From contig CAIPYM010000024.1 of assembly GCA_903869345.1 (NCBI GenBank), positions 3,703 through 67,702 of the forward strand: a stretch of 64,000 bases of DNA. Reading direction: 5' to 3'. Positions 38,328-49,267 of this stretch are shown here, piece after piece. The notes under the pieces were generated by a model. The model searched no databases. It was not told the DNA's origin and worked only from the letters and a program-made list of their open reading frames with translations. Positions within the stretch are counted from its first letter, which is position 1; every line of letters begins with the position of its first letter. The stretch is from an uncultured Pseudomonadota bacterium. GTDB taxonomy: Bacteria > Pseudomonadota > Alphaproteobacteria > UBA9219. The translations under genes were made by a program, and so were the position numbers.

Positions 38328-40040
38328 ATGCGGTTTGCGACGAATCTTAAGATCGTCTTGTGCCGGGTCTGTATGGCGTGGTGCCTGAGTATCATCGTAT
38401 CGTCAGGGAGCTGGGCCGCCGTTTTGCTGGGCCCCGCCGACGCGGGACGCATCGGGGAACGTGAGGAGAATCAGCAACCGACTCTCCCCCTTGTCACGGC
38501 TCCCCTCGAAAAGCCCCGCGAGATGTCTCCTCCTGGTCAGGCTCCGGAGGGAAGTGAGCGCACAACGATTCATGTGCGCAGCGTGTCCATCCTTGGCACA
38601 CGTGTTTTTTCAAAAGCCGAGCTTCACGACCTTTACGCCGCCTACCTTGACCATGACATCACGGCGAACAAGGTGTGGACCCTTGCCGAGCAGGTGACCG
38701 AGAAGTACCGCAAGGCGGGGTATTTTCTCTCGCGGGCGTATGTCCCTCAGCAGGATATGAAAAACGGAAACATCCTCCTTCGTGTGGTGGAAGGCTTCAT
38801 TGGAGAGGTCCGTTGCGATGATGCCTTGGCCAAAAACCATCTTATCAAACAAGGAACCGATAAGCTCCTTTCGTTCCGCCCCCTGAAGGCCGATCAGATT
38901 GAGAATGTTCTCTTGCTGTTGAACGATCTGCCGGGCGTTAGCCTGCAGGCGATTATGGAGGAAATGCCCTCGGGCACCGGTGCTGAAGGCGCTGTGCGGC
39001 TTGTTTTGAAAAACAGGCCTGAGCCGCGTGTCACGGGGTCCGTCGGTGTCGACAATTTGGGTTCGCGTTTTCTGGGACCTTATGAGGGCCAGGCCCAAAC
39101 GCAGGTTGTCGTCTTTCCCAATCAACGAACGACGCTCAACGTGTTTTCTTCTCTGCCTTGGAATGAGGTTAAATATGGCAGCCTCAAGCACGAGGCTACG
39201 CTGGTGCCCGGCGGGACGCTGACCGTTTACGGCTCACGCACGGCGGCAGCTCCCGGCTACACCCTGAAGCCTGAGGAGATCAAAAGCCGATCGACCGCCG
39301 TGGGAACCGCCTTTGAGTACAGTTTCATCCGACAGCGGGATGAGAACGTCAGAGGGCGCGTGGCATTAGAGGGGCGAGACACGTCGTCGGACACGCTGGG
39401 AAGCCCCCTGACACGGGATCGTGTCCGCACAGCAAGCATCGGGATGAGCTATCAAAACGCTGACCGATTCAGCGGACAAAATTTCGCAAGTGCCACGGTG
39501 ACGCAAGGGCTTCCGGTCTTGGGTTCCAATCGACCGGGCCAACTCAATCTTTCTCGCGCCGATGCAAGGCCGGATTTTACGAAAATGGGGCTGAAGGCCT
39601 CTCGGGTCCAAGCCCTTCCCAACACCTGGGAGGTTTCAACCGCGGTTGCTGCGCAGGTCGCCTCCGGGACTCTCTACTCGTCCGAGCAATTTGGGCATGG
39701 CGGCCAAGCGTTTGGTCGTGCCTATGACGATTCTGAGATCATGGGGGATCACGGAGTCGCGTTCTCTGCAGAAGTCCGCTACGGCGGTGCGCCAGCGTGG
39801 GGCGGGTTTCTCCTCATCCCGTACGGGTTTTATGACCGAGGTACGGTCTGGAACACAGCGAGCACGGCCCAAAAATCCGAATCGGGCAGTTCGGCAGGGG
39901 TGGGGTTCCGCGTGGCGTCGGATTATGGCGTCTCAGGGAGCTTTGGCCTTGCCTTTCCCTTAACCCGCCGAATCACGACACCTGTGTACGGGAATGGGGA
40001 AAACCCTCGCTATTTCTTTCAGATTGAGCATCAGTTCTGA
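38328..40040 (+). CDS. Two-partner secretion transporter TpsB (ShlB/FhaC/HecB family), orphan
   Basis: Signal peptide, POTRA region (IHVRSVSILGTRVFSKAELHDLYAAYL), 16-strand barrel ending in aromatic F; no TpsA-like large exoprotein adjacent. Confidence 0.8.
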   Translation: MRFATNLKIVLCRVCMAWCLSIIVSSGSWAAVLLGPADAGRIGEREENQQPTLPLVTAPLEKPREMSPPGQAPEGSERTTIHVRSVSILGTRVFSKAELHDLYAAYLDHDITANKVWTLAEQVTEKYRKAGYFLSRAYVPQQDMKNGNILLRVVEGFIGEVRCDDALAKNHLIKQGTDKLLSFRPLKADQIENVLLLLNDLPGVSLQAIMEEMPSGTGAEGAVRLVLKNRPEPRVTGSVGVDNLGSRFLGPYEGQAQTQVVVFPNQRTTLNVFSSLPWNEVKYGSLKHEATLVPGGTLTVYGSRTAAAPGYTLKPEEIKSRSTAVGTAFEYSFIRQRDENVRGRVALEGRDTSSDTLGSPLTRDRVRTASIGMSYQNADRFSGQNFASATVTQGLPVLGSNRPGQLNLSRADARPDFTKMGLKASRVQALPNTWEVSTAVAAQVASGTLYSSEQFGHGGQAFGRAYDDSEIMGDHGVAFSAEVRYGGAPAWGGFLLIPYGFYDRGTVWNTASTAQKSESGSSAGVGFRVASDYGVSGSFGLAFPLTRRITTPVYGNGENPRYFFQIEHQF

Positions 40041-40154
40041 GAAAGGGAGGGAACGAAATCTCCGCGGGGCTTTGGTCCTCACAACAACCTGACATCGTCA
40101 ACCGACCCGCTCTTTCCATAGCCCCTTCCCTCTTGCCGCAAGGCTTCCCGCGCC

Positions 40155-40958
40155 ATGCTGTCCTTCCCCCCCTTGGACCCCGTCGCGTTGAGCTTAGGCC
40201 CGTTTCAGGTGCGATGGTACGCCTTGGCCTACGTCGTGGCCTTTCTGGTGGGAGGCCTCTACTGCCGCCGTTTGGCACGAAACGCCCCGCCGGGAAGCCC
40301 TCAGCCCAAGGATTACGATGACCTGTTAACGTGGATCATTTTGGGGACTGTGCTGGGCGGACGGATCGGGTATGTTCTGTTCTACAATCTGCCCTTCTAC
40401 CTCGCTGATCCGTTGGAAGCGCTTTACGTGTGGCACGGCGGCATGTCGTTCCATGGTGGGCTCGCGGGCGTTTTGATCAGCGCGGCCCTGTTTGCCCGAA
40501 CGCGGAATCTCCCCCTTCTGGTCCTCAGCGATACCGTGGCCCAGGCCGTCCCTATCGGGCTGTTTCTGGGGCGGCTCGCGAATTTCGTGAACGGCGAGCT
40601 CTACGGACGTGTGACCGACGTTCCATGGAGCGTTATCTTTCCCCATGCGGGCGATGCGCCGCGCCATCCCAGCCAACTGTACGAGGCCGGACTGGAGGGC
40701 CTCCTCCTCTTTTTGCTGCTCGCGGTTCTCGCGCGGTCTCCTCCCCTTCGGGCGCGGCACGGCTTTTTGGCAGGCGCCTTCCTGACCGGGTATGCCCTCG
40801 CGCGTCTGGTGGTGGAGCTGTTCCGGGAACCCGACCCGCAACTCGGGTTCCTCTGGGAGGGTGTCACGATGGGGCAAGTCTTGTCCTTGCCGGTCCTCGT
40901 CGCGGGTCTTTTCCTGATGGGACGGACCTTCCGCCGTGTTTCTCGGGAGAAAGCCTGA
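40155..40958 (+). CDS. lgt: Prolipoprotein diacylglyceryl transferase
   Basis: Lgt signature (HGGMSFHGGLAGV, GRLANFVNGELYGR). Confidence 0.9.
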   Translation: MLSFPPLDPVALSLGPFQVRWYALAYVVAFLVGGLYCRRLARNAPPGSPQPKDYDDLLTWIILGTVLGGRIGYVLFYNLPFYLADPLEALYVWHGGMSFHGGLAGVLISAALFARTRNLPLLVLSDTVAQAVPIGLFLGRLANFVNGELYGRVTDVPWSVIFPHAGDAPRHPSQLYEAGLEGLLLFLLLAVLARSPPLRARHGFLAGAFLTGYALARLVVELFREPDPQLGFLWEGVTMGQVLSLPVLVAGLFLMGRTFRRVSREKA

Positions 40959-42040
40959 TGACTCGTCTGTTCCGCGTTTTGCAGAAGCTCATCACGGCCA
41001 ACGGACCTTTAACCGTCGCGCAGTACATGCGGCTTGCCCTTCAACACCCCACCTACGGGTACTACCGCCAGGGCGAACGGTTGGGGGCGGAGGGCGATTT
41101 CATCACGGCCCCCGAGATGAGCCAAATGTTCGGCGAGATGGTGGGCCTCTGGTTCGCGGACCTGTGGCGGCTTTTGGGCAGGCCCCCCAAAATCGCCTTT
41201 CTGGAACTGGGCCCAGGTCGCGGCAAGCTTTTGGAGGACGTGCTGCGCGCAACCGCCAAGGTTGAGGGATTCCACAAAGCGCTGTCCCTCTATCTGCTGG
41301 AAAGCAACGAATCCTTCCGCGTGCGCCTGCATCGTCAGTTCAGCGCGTGGCACCCCGTTTTTCCAGATTCCCTGGACGACTTGCCCTCCTGTCCCCTGTT
41401 CGTGCTCGCCAACGAGTTTTTTGACGCGCTGCCCGCTCGACAATTTGTCCGCACAGACGAAGGATGGTGCGAGCGCTTGGTGACAACAGGCCCCGAAGAC
41501 ACGTTGGTCTGGACACAATCCCCCCCCAACCCCGCTTTTTCCGCGCTGATCCCTGCCCCGTTGCGCGAGGCTCCCCCGAGCACGATCGCTGAAGTCTCCA
41601 CCGAACGGTCCCTGATTCTCCGCACCCTGGCCGAGCGCGTGGCGCGACGATCGGGAGGCGGGCTCGTCATGGACTACGGCGCAACCGCGCCCACGGGACG
41701 TGACACGCTGCATGCCCTCTCCCAACATCAGCTCGTTGACTTTCTTGAGCGCCCAGGGGACGTGGACGTTTCGGCGGACGTGGATTTCAGCCTCCTCACG
41801 GAGGAGATCACCCGTGCAGGTCTTCGAGTCCTTGGTCCCAAGGGCCAGGGCGCTTTTCTGGACGACCTGGGGATTGGCCTCCGCGCCGCCCACCTGAAAC
41901 GTAACGCGACCCCGGAGGAAGCAACCGCCGTGGACGGGGCTTTGCGTTTTCTCACATCCCCCGACGAAACCGGCGTACGATTCAAGGCGATGGGGTTCGT
42001 GCCCGCTTCCTTGACGGACGAGATCGCAGGCTTCGCATGA
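40958..42040 (+). CDS. Class I SAM-dependent methyltransferase, MidA/NDUFAF7 family (DUF185)
   Basis: ATG overlaps the lgt stop (TGATG); YYRQGERLGAEGDFITAPEMSQMFGEMVGLW and LELGPGRGKL motifs; conserved lgt-midA-pgeF arrangement. Confidence 0.8.
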   Translation: MTRLFRVLQKLITANGPLTVAQYMRLALQHPTYGYYRQGERLGAEGDFITAPEMSQMFGEMVGLWFADLWRLLGRPPKIAFLELGPGRGKLLEDVLRATAKVEGFHKALSLYLLESNESFRVRLHRQFSAWHPVFPDSLDDLPSCPLFVLANEFFDALPARQFVRTDEGWCERLVTTGPEDTLVWTQSPPNPAFSALIPAPLREAPPSTIAEVSTERSLILRTLAERVARRSGGGLVMDYGATAPTGRDTLHALSQHQLVDFLERPGDVDVSADVDFSLLTEEITRAGLRVLGPKGQGAFLDDLGIGLRAAHLKRNATPEEATAVDGALRFLTSPDETGVRFKAMGFVPASLTDEIAGFA

Positions 42041-42849
42041 CGGGTGCACAAGCAGGCCCCCTCGAGGTGATCCAAGCCCCTCGGTTGAAGGAGTGCCCTA
42101 CCGTGCGGCACGCCTTTTTCACGCGTCTCGGCGGCGTCAGCGAGGGGCCGTACGCGTCCCTGAACGGTGGAAGCTCAACGGGGGGCGATACCCCCGAACG
42201 CATCGCCGAGAACCGCCGCCGCGCCGCCGAATTTCTGGGCCTTGACCCCACGCGCCTCCTTCGGGTCCGCCAAGTCCATGGCACCCGGACCGTCACGGTC
42301 ACGGAGCCCTGGGGGATCGAAGGCCCTCCCGAAGCGGACGCTCTCGTGACGCGCTCGCCGGGACTGGGTCTGATGATCCTCACCGCCGATTGCGCCCCCG
42401 TCCTGTTGGCGGATCCCACGGCCGGCATCGTGGGCGCGGCGCATGCAGGCTGGCGAGGTGCCCTCGCGGGGATTCTGGAAAGCGTCCTGGAGGCCATGGA
42501 ACATCTCGGGGCCCACCGCACCCGTATCCTCGCCGCCATAGGCCCTTGCATCGCTCAAAATTCTTACGAAGTGGGACCCGAGGTGCGTGAGGCGTTCGTG
42601 CATCAAGCCCCGTCTTCGGAACGCTTTTTCCGCCCATCCCTCAACACCGAAGGGCGGAGTTTGTTCGACCTGCCGGGGTATGTCGCGGCGCGCCTGTCAG
42701 CAGCAGGGGTTACCGCCGTGGACCCTTCTTCGGCCGATACGTACGCTGATGAACGGCGATTTTTCAGTTACCGTCGCACAACGCTTCGCGGAGAATCCGA
42801 TCGAGGAAACTTGATGTCCGCGATGATGTTGAATCCAGAGGGTTGTTAG
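42037..42849 (+). CDS. pgeF: Peptidoglycan editing factor PgeF (YfiH/DUF152 laccase-domain protein)
   Basis: YfiH family His/Cys motifs (ILTADCAPVLL, AAHAGWRG). Confidence 0.85.
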   Translation: MTGAQAGPLEVIQAPRLKECPTVRHAFFTRLGGVSEGPYASLNGGSSTGGDTPERIAENRRRAAEFLGLDPTRLLRVRQVHGTRTVTVTEPWGIEGPPEADALVTRSPGLGLMILTADCAPVLLADPTAGIVGAAHAGWRGALAGILESVLEAMEHLGAHRTRILAAIGPCIAQNSYEVGPEVREAFVHQAPSSERFFRPSLNTEGRSLFDLPGYVAARLSAAGVTAVDPSSADTYADERRFFSYRRTTLRGESDRGNLMSAMMLNPEGC

Positions 42850-42930
42850 TTTTGGTGACGCAAAACTTTGTGGGCTCGCAAAAGGCCCGGAATTTTGTCC
42901 CCCTCCAACACATCCCCCTTCATCTTTCGT

Positions 42931-43761
42931 TCACCCACCCGTTCGCTCTGCCCTCTCCTCCCCCATCACCCCGCCGCAACGGAAGGGGGTGATGCGCTTG
43001 GCAAGGCCGGTTGAATCGTCGGTTTCCAGAAACACACCGCAGACGGTGGCCTCACCCTCGGCAGGCGCGAGACGCTCGCCGGGGATCTTGCGCGTGAACC
43101 GCCAGACCGCCGCGTCTTTTTGGTTGCCAATCACACTGTCGTAATCACCGCACATCCCGGCATCGGTCAGGTAAGCAGTCCCGCGCGGCAGGATCCGCGC
43201 GTCCGCCGTGGGGACGTGCGTGTGCGTTCCCACAACCGCCGACACGCGCCCATCCAGGACGTTCGCCAAGGCCATTTTCTCGGCCGTTGTCTCGGCGTGA
43301 AAGTCCACGAAAATCGCGTTCACACCCGAAGTGCCGAGGGATTGCCGCGCGAGCACGGCCTCGGTTGCCGCAAACGGATCATCGATAAGGTGACCCGTGA
43401 ACAAACGCCCGAGGGGGTTCAGAACCAAGAGTCCCCGCCCGTCCGGGAGTTTGTGCCAATAGAGCCCCCGCCCCGGCGTGCCTTCGGGATAGTTGAGGGG
43501 ACGGAGGAGCCGGGGCTCGCTGTCAATCGTTCCCACCAGTTCCCGTTGATCCCAGACGTGATTGCCCGTCGTGAAGACATGGATGCCCAGCTCGGTCAGT
43601 TCGCGCACGATTTTCAGCGTCACGCCAAACCCCCTCGCCGCGTTCTCAACGTTCGCGATCACAACCTCGGGGTGAAACCGATCCCGCAGCACGGGCACAT
43701 GCCGCGCAAGTCCGTCGCGCCCGCTGCGGCCTACGACATCGCCAAAAAACACAAGACGCAT
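42931..43761 (-). CDS. YmdB-family metallophosphoesterase
   Basis: ATG 43761 with AGGAG RBS; MRLVFFGDVVGRSGR..., GNHVWD, GTHTHVPTADARIL motifs. Confidence 0.8.
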   Translation of the reverse strand: MRLVFFGDVVGRSGRDGLARHVPVLRDRFHPEVVIANVENAARGFGVTLKIVRELTELGIHVFTTGNHVWDQRELVGTIDSEPRLLRPLNYPEGTPGRGLYWHKLPDGRGLLVLNPLGRLFTGHLIDDPFAATEAVLARQSLGTSGVNAIFVDFHAETTAEKMALANVLDGRVSAVVGTHTHVPTADARILPRGTAYLTDAGMCGDYDSVIGNQKDAAVWRFTRKIPGERLAPAEGEATVCGVFLETDDSTGLAKRITPFRCGGVMGEERAERTGG

Positions 43762-43948
43762 GATGCTCCTCTTGATCCGGATTTGAACGGCCCAGGCTAG
43801 CACAGGAACGCGCGAATGTTCCTCCTGGAGATGAAAGAGGCTCGGCGTGGAACCAAGCCCGAAGGAACCAGCCAGAAGCGTTCTGTGGTAGACTGCCGCG
43901 AGACTCGACACAGGGCCCCGCCCCCGCCCCCCTTGTCCGAAGGCCCCT

Positions 43949-44959
43949 ATGTCCCCTGCCCGAGTCCCCGCGCCGCCGTCTTCCCCCAACCCCCTGCGTC
44001 TTCAGGGACCCGATCCGCGCTCCAGGGGGCTGATTGAGGCGTTTCTGGACCGCATGCGCGCCGAACGCAACGCGGCGGTCAACACATGCCTTGCGTACGC
44101 CCGCGATCTTCACGCTGCGGGAGGTTTTCTCCAAACCAACCTTGCGCGAACGAGCTTGGCGGACGCGGGAGAGGACGACCTGCGCGGGTACATCGAAACG
44201 CTTGCCACCGCCGCGTCCCGCACGCAGGCACGGCATCTGTCAGCGCTGCGGCAGTTTTTTCGGTTTCTCGTCTCCGAGGGAATCCGCTCCGACGATCCGA
44301 CGCAAGGCCTGGCAAGCCCACGCCTTGGCAAGCCCTTGCCCAAAGCTCTCACGGAAACAGAAGTGCAGGCGCTGCTCACCGCCGCGATGCACGAGCCCGG
44401 CGCGGCGGGGGCACGCCTTCGCGCCCTCTTGGAAGTCCTTTACGCAGCGGGTCTGCGCATTAGCGAACTTGTGAATCTCACAACCACCTCCGTTCAGCCC
44501 CAACGCGGGATGGTCCGTGTTCTGGGCAAAGGGGGCAAGGAACGCTGCATTCCCCTGGGTGAGCCCGCGCTCAAGGCGCTTGCAACCTGGATCCACCACC
44601 GTGACACCCTCTTGGGGCCACGTCGCGCAACGTGCCCGTGGCTCTTTCCCTCGCCCGCCCATGGAGGCCAACGGCCCCTGACCCGCCAGCGGTTTTTCCA
44701 GCTCGTCCGCGAGGCCGGGATCGCGGCGGGCCTTGCGCCCGACCGCCTCAGCCCGCACGTCCTCCGGCACAGTTTCGCAACACACCTTGTGGAGCACGGA
44801 GCCGATCTGCGCAGCGTGCAAGTGTTTCTCGGTCACGCGGACCTCGGCACGACGCAGATTTACACGCGCGTCGCCTCGGACCACCTGGCCCGCGCCCTGG
44901 CCGAACATCATCCTCTCGGACGCCGCGCCTGCCTCAAGGGTCCAACGCCCGAAGAATGA
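43949..44959 (+). CDS. xerD: Site-specific tyrosine recombinase XerD (XerC not excluded)
   Basis: N-terminal SAM-like domain plus catalytic R...HxxR...Y (RHSFATHLVEHGADLRSVQVFLGHADLGTTQIYTRV). Confidence 0.75.
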   Translation: MSPARVPAPPSSPNPLRLQGPDPRSRGLIEAFLDRMRAERNAAVNTCLAYARDLHAAGGFLQTNLARTSLADAGEDDLRGYIETLATAASRTQARHLSALRQFFRFLVSEGIRSDDPTQGLASPRLGKPLPKALTETEVQALLTAAMHEPGAAGARLRALLEVLYAAGLRISELVNLTTTSVQPQRGMVRVLGKGGKERCIPLGEPALKALATWIHHRDTLLGPRRATCPWLFPSPAHGGQRPLTRQRFFQLVREAGIAAGLAPDRLSPHVLRHSFATHLVEHGADLRSVQVFLGHADLGTTQIYTRVASDHLARALAEHHPLGRRACLKGPTPEE

Positions 44960-45302
44960 GTCAGGAATCTCCGCAAGGCTTTTCAACGCCCGAAGGCGAG
45001 GCGGCTCGCTTTCCCCTCCGTACTTTCGTCAAGACCTGCATACGGCCTAATGTTCAGCTCATTTTATCAAAGGTTGGCTATCAAACGGGTGAGCAAAAAC
45101 AGGTCCTTGATCGTTCACAGGAGACTGGGGAAAGCATGAAACTAATAGACAAACAATCCTTACTCTGCTAGGATGACAAACATTGCGTTTCAATTAACTC
45201 AAAAAGCGCCCCGACACCATGCAAAGCCCTGAACAGCCTTCCTTGAACGCATTTGTACCGCGATCGGGTTTAAAACGCACATGAATAGCTTCCTGGGCTA
45301 TT

Positions 45303-46130
45303 TTGAACCCGAGACGCTTCATGTACAACAGTCAAGCTGCAACATATTGCACACCAGCATATGTTAATGAAAAGATGGGCCAAACCGTCTTGCCGCATAC
45401 AAACGAAATAATAATCCCAACCCCCGACGGGAAAAACCTTGTTGCTTGGCAGACACCATCTTCGCATAACAATGGACCCGTCGTTCTCTTGCTGCCTGGA
45501 CGATCAAAAAATCTGGCTTTTTGTACAAGCACCATCCGACTTCTTTCACAGTGGGGGATTAGCTCTCTCGTCCTGGGCTGGCGCGGCTTCAGCGGCTCAA
45601 GTGGCACGCCAAGCCAACGGGGTCTGATCCTTGATGCAAGGACAGCTTATAACGTGTTAACGGGACGCCAGGAACACACCAGTATCAAACCGATTGATCC
45701 TCAAAAACTTGTCATTATGGCTGCATCCCTTGGAACCTTACCTGCCACGTTTCTCTGCGCTCAAGAGGGTGTCAACCCGCAAGCGCTGGTCTTGATCGCG
45801 TCCATGTCTTCGATAGTGGACGTCGCACAACATCATCTCCCTTGGCTTCGCGTGATACATCCGCAACTCGCCGCGTGGATCGTGCGGGACCCGTGGCAAG
45901 CTGACGAAGTAGCTCACCGTGTCACGTGTCACGTTCTTCAGATTCACGGCAACAAGGATGAAATCATCCCTGAGCGATTTGCTCGCGCTCTACACGATCG
46001 GTTCCCCTCTGGGAAAGCCGAGATGCATGTCATCCCAGGAGGACACTTGCCTTCTTCACCCGAATTTATTCCTTGTCTGACTCAATTCTTGGGGCAAAGA
46101 TTCCCCAACCACCCTTTTCCTCGGCCTTAA
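45303..46130 (+). CDS. Alpha/beta hydrolase in an AT-rich islet
   Basis: GC about 47%; nucleophile-elbow-like AASLG, acid HGNKDEIIP, His PGGH; hydrolase_4 / S33-like architecture. Confidence 0.6.
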   Translation: MNPRRFMYNSQAATYCTPAYVNEKMGQTVLPHTNEIIIPTPDGKNLVAWQTPSSHNNGPVVLLLPGRSKNLAFCTSTIRLLSQWGISSLVLGWRGFSGSSGTPSQRGLILDARTAYNVLTGRQEHTSIKPIDPQKLVIMAASLGTLPATFLCAQEGVNPQALVLIASMSSIVDVAQHHLPWLRVIHPQLAAWIVRDPWQADEVAHRVTCHVLQIHGNKDEIIPERFARALHDRFPSGKAEMHVIPGGHLPSSPEFIPCLTQFLGQRFPNHPFPRP

Positions 46131-46146
46131 CCGTGCCTTGGCCCCC

Positions 46147-47352
46147 TTACAGGCTGCCGATAAGCCGTCGATCTTCCTTGCGGGCGAATCGGTCGGTCAT
46201 GCCCGCAATGTAATCGGCAACCACGCGCATGCGGGCCGATTCCCCGCCCGCGATCTCGGCGGCTTTCGACCTTGCCGCCCAATCGGTGGGCAACGCGGCG
46301 GGGTCCTCCCGAAAGCGGGTAAAGAGCCCACGCACGATTCGGTCGGCCTCCGCGCAGGCTTCCTCCACCCGAGGGTGGCGGTAGACACGGCCTTGCAGAA
46401 AGGCGCGGATCACTTCTTCGTGTTGGCGCATGCCAAAGCTGAACTTCGCGAGCGGTTGCCGCGCGTGGCGAATGTCCGCCGCCGTCATGGGCCGCAGCGT
46501 GGTGAGGGCCGCCCGTGTTGAATCCAACAAATCCGTCACCATCGTCCCGATGACTTGGCGGACAACGGCGTGCATCAAGCGATCGTCCTCCACATCGGGA
46601 TGATGGCGGCGCGTGTCCTCCAGGATGGGGCCGAACAAGGGAAGGCTCCCCACGTCCTGCAGGCTAAAGAACCCCGCGCGGTACCCATCGTCCACGTCGT
46701 GCGTGTTGTAAGCGATATCGTCCGCAGCAGCGGCGATCTGGGCTTCGGGACCCGCAAAGCTGCCGACCTCCAGGTCCCAGACTTCTTGAAACGCCGCCAC
46801 GGTCGGCGAGAGTTGGCCGGGTCCTTCGGCGGTCAGGGGGCCGTTGTGCTTGGCCACCCCCTCCAGCGTCTCCCACGTCAGATTCAGGCCGTTAAATCCG
46901 ATGTAGCGCCGCTCGAGATTGGTCAGGATTCGGAAGGTCTGCTCGTTGTGGTCAAACCCACCCCACGGCTTCATCGCGGCATCCAGCGCTTGCTCGCCCG
47001 CGTGACCGAAACACGTGTGCCCCAGGTCATGGGCAAGAGCAATCGTCTCGGTCAGGTCCTCGTTGAGCCCCAGCGCATGCGCCAGAACGCGCGCGATTTG
47101 CGCGACTTCGAGGGAATGCGTCAGCCGCGTGCGGTAATAATCCCCTTCGCTTTCGATGAACACTTGAGTCTTGTTGCGCAGCTTGCGGAATGCACCCGCG
47201 TGAATGATGCGGTCGCGGTCGCGCTGGAACGACGTGCGCGTCGCGCTGGGCGGCTCAGGGACAAGCCGTCCACGGCTTTCCGAGGCTTTCGTGGCGTAGG
47301 GCGCGAGAAGGGATTCAAACGCCTCTTCCCGTGACAAGAGCGTGTCGGTCAT
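46147..47352 (-). CDS. dgt: Deoxyguanosinetriphosphate triphosphohydrolase-like protein (HD domain)
   Basis: [18 protein letters not shown]...[16 protein letters not shown] motif. Confidence 0.85.
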   Translation of the reverse strand: MTDTLLSREEAFESLLAPYATKASESRGRLVPEPPSATRTSFQRDRDRIIHAGAFRKLRNKTQVFIESEGDYYRTRLTHSLEVAQIARVLAHALGLNEDLTETIALAHDLGHTCFGHAGEQALDAAMKPWGGFDHNEQTFRILTNLERRYIGFNGLNLTWETLEGVAKHNGPLTAEGPGQLSPTVAAFQEVWDLEVGSFAGPEAQIAAAADDIAYNTHDVDDGYRAGFFSLQDVGSLPLFGPILEDTRRHHPDVEDDRLMHAVVRQVIGTMVTDLLDSTRAALTTLRPMTAADIRHARQPLAKFSFGMRQHEEVIRAFLQGRVYRHPRVEEACAEADRIVRGLFTRFREDPAALPTDWAARSKAAEIAGGESARMRVVADYIAGMTDRFARKEDRRLIGSL

Positions 47353-48203
47353 CCAAAAACCTTTCCTGATTTCGTGAGGGCATCATACGCCATAAGCGTT
47401 TCGATGAGCGCAGGCACATCGCGTAAGGGGACCATGTTCGGCCCGTCGGAGGGCGCACGGTCCGGGTCCTCGTGCGTTTCCATAAACACGGCGGCAACGC
47501 CAACGGCGATCGCGGCGCGGGCCAACGGCGCAACAAAGCGGCGATCCCCCCCTGTCGAGGTCCCCTGTCCGCCCGGTTGCTGAACCGAGTGCGTCGCGTC
47601 AAACACGACCGGATACCCGGTTTCGGCCATGATGGGCAGGGCGCGAAAATCATTCACGAGCGCGTTGTACCCGAACGAAGTCCCACGTTCGCACAAAAGG
47701 ATCTTGGTGTTCCCCGTGGACGCTAGCTTGTCCGCGACGTTTTTCATGTCCCAGGGCGCAAGGAACTGGCCCTTTTTGACGTTGACCGCCTTGCCCGTCT
47801 GCGCGGCCGCCAGCAGCAAATCCGTCTGACGGCAGAGGAACGCGGGGATCTGCAGAACATCCACCACCTCCGCCACGCGAGCGCACTGTTCGCGCTCGTG
47901 AACATCGGTGATGACAGGAAGGCCCGTTGTCGCACGCACCTCGGCCAAAATGGGCAGACTTTCCTCCATCCCAAGCCCGCGCTTGGCGCTGAGCGAGGTC
48001 CGGTTTGCCTTGTCAAACGACGTTTTGTAAATCACCCCAATCTTGAAACGGTCCCGGATCGCGGCCAGCGCAGCGCTCATCTCCAGCGCATGGCTGCGCG
48101 ATTCCAACTGGCACGGCCCCGCGATCAGGACAAACGGCAGGTGATTGCCGATGGACAGAACGCCTCGGTTACCGGGCAGAGGGATATCAACCGTCAGAGG
48201 CAT
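47349..48203 (-). CDS. kdsA: 3-deoxy-8-phosphooctulonate synthase
   Basis: Full-length KdsA ([37 protein letters not shown]). Confidence 0.95.
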   Translation of the reverse strand: MPLTVDIPLPGNRGVLSIGNHLPFVLIAGPCQLESRSHALEMSAALAAIRDRFKIGVIYKTSFDKANRTSLSAKRGLGMEESLPILAEVRATTGLPVITDVHEREQCARVAEVVDVLQIPAFLCRQTDLLLAAAQTGKAVNVKKGQFLAPWDMKNVADKLASTGNTKILLCERGTSFGYNALVNDFRALPIMAETGYPVVFDATHSVQQPGGQGTSTGGDRRFVAPLARAAIAVGVAAVFMETHEDPDRAPSDGPNMVPLRDVPALIETLMAYDALTKSGKVFG

Positions 48204-48215
48204 ACCGAAAACTCC

Positions 48216-49025
48216 TTAGGGTGTGAGCGAGGCTTTCTCATCCTGACGCTCGCGGCGACGATAAAGGAACCACGCATAGGGCAACGAGGCGAGGTACAGC
48301 CCCCCGCTCACCGTCATCGTCAACCACGTGTTCGTGATCAGCGCGGCAAAAAAGAGCCCCATGCCGACCATAAACGGCGCAACCCAGAGGGACGAAATCC
48401 GCCGCCCTTTCAAGGACAACGTCGGCAAACGGCTAATCAGCAGGCCCCCCACGACGAGCAGCCACACCGCCACAAAAACCGACGGCACATGCGCCGATTC
48501 GCCCCACTGCAGAAAGACAATCAGCGGAATCAGCGCAAGACCAGCGCCCGAGGGCGCGGGCACTCCGTTGAAAAAACTTTTTGTCCAGGCGGGAGCGGTC
48601 TGGTCCTCCAGCATCGTGTTGAAACGCGCCAGACGAAGCGCCATGCAGACCGTGTAGGCTAAAACGACCAACCATCCGAATCGTCCGATGTCTTGAAGCG
48701 CCCAGAAATAGATTGTCAGCGCAGGGGCAACGCCAAAGGCCACCAGGTCCGCGAGGCTATCGAGCTCGGCGCCAAACCGACTGGCCAAGCCCATCATGCG
48801 GGCCACACGCCCGTCCAGAACATCGAAAATCGCGGCCGCAACGATGGCGAGAACCGCCTTGTCCCACTGCTCGGCCAGCGCAAACCGTACGGCAGTGAGG
48901 CCCGAGCAGAGCGCCATCAGCGTCAGCATGTTCGGAATGAGTCGGGCAAGCGGCAGCTCCCGCACCGGGCGGCGTTCGCGGGCGGAGGGCGTGCCCGAAG
49001 GCGGCAAAGACGGCAGGGGCGACAT
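48216..49025 (-). CDS. pssA: CDP-diacylglycerol--serine O-phosphatidyltransferase (CDP-alcohol phosphatidyltransferase family)
   Basis: DVLDGRVARMMGLASRFGAELDSLADLVAFG CAPT motif; 6-7 TM helices. Confidence 0.8.
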   Translation of the reverse strand: MSPLPSLPPSGTPSARERRPVRELPLARLIPNMLTLMALCSGLTAVRFALAEQWDKAVLAIVAAAIFDVLDGRVARMMGLASRFGAELDSLADLVAFGVAPALTIYFWALQDIGRFGWLVVLAYTVCMALRLARFNTMLEDQTAPAWTKSFFNGVPAPSGAGLALIPLIVFLQWGESAHVPSVFVAVWLLVVGGLLISRLPTLSLKGRRISSLWVAPFMVGMGLFFAALITNTWLTMTVSGGLYLASLPYAWFLYRRRERQDEKASLTP

Positions 49026-49267
49026 GCGCGAAACACCTCAGGTTCATCGACGCGCCCAAGATACGGCCCGAACCGATCCCCTGGCAACCGGGAGGGGAAA
49101 GGGCACCAAAAACCAACTGACATAACCGCTCACCGCTAAGCTCTATGTAAATTGACGCTATGAAAAAACTGGCACACTATCCCCCCATTCTGGAGCATAC
49201 CCGGAAGTCCCCAGCGGCTTTCCTGTTGTTTCTTAATGAACGTCGGTAGGAACATTGGGGGTCAACA

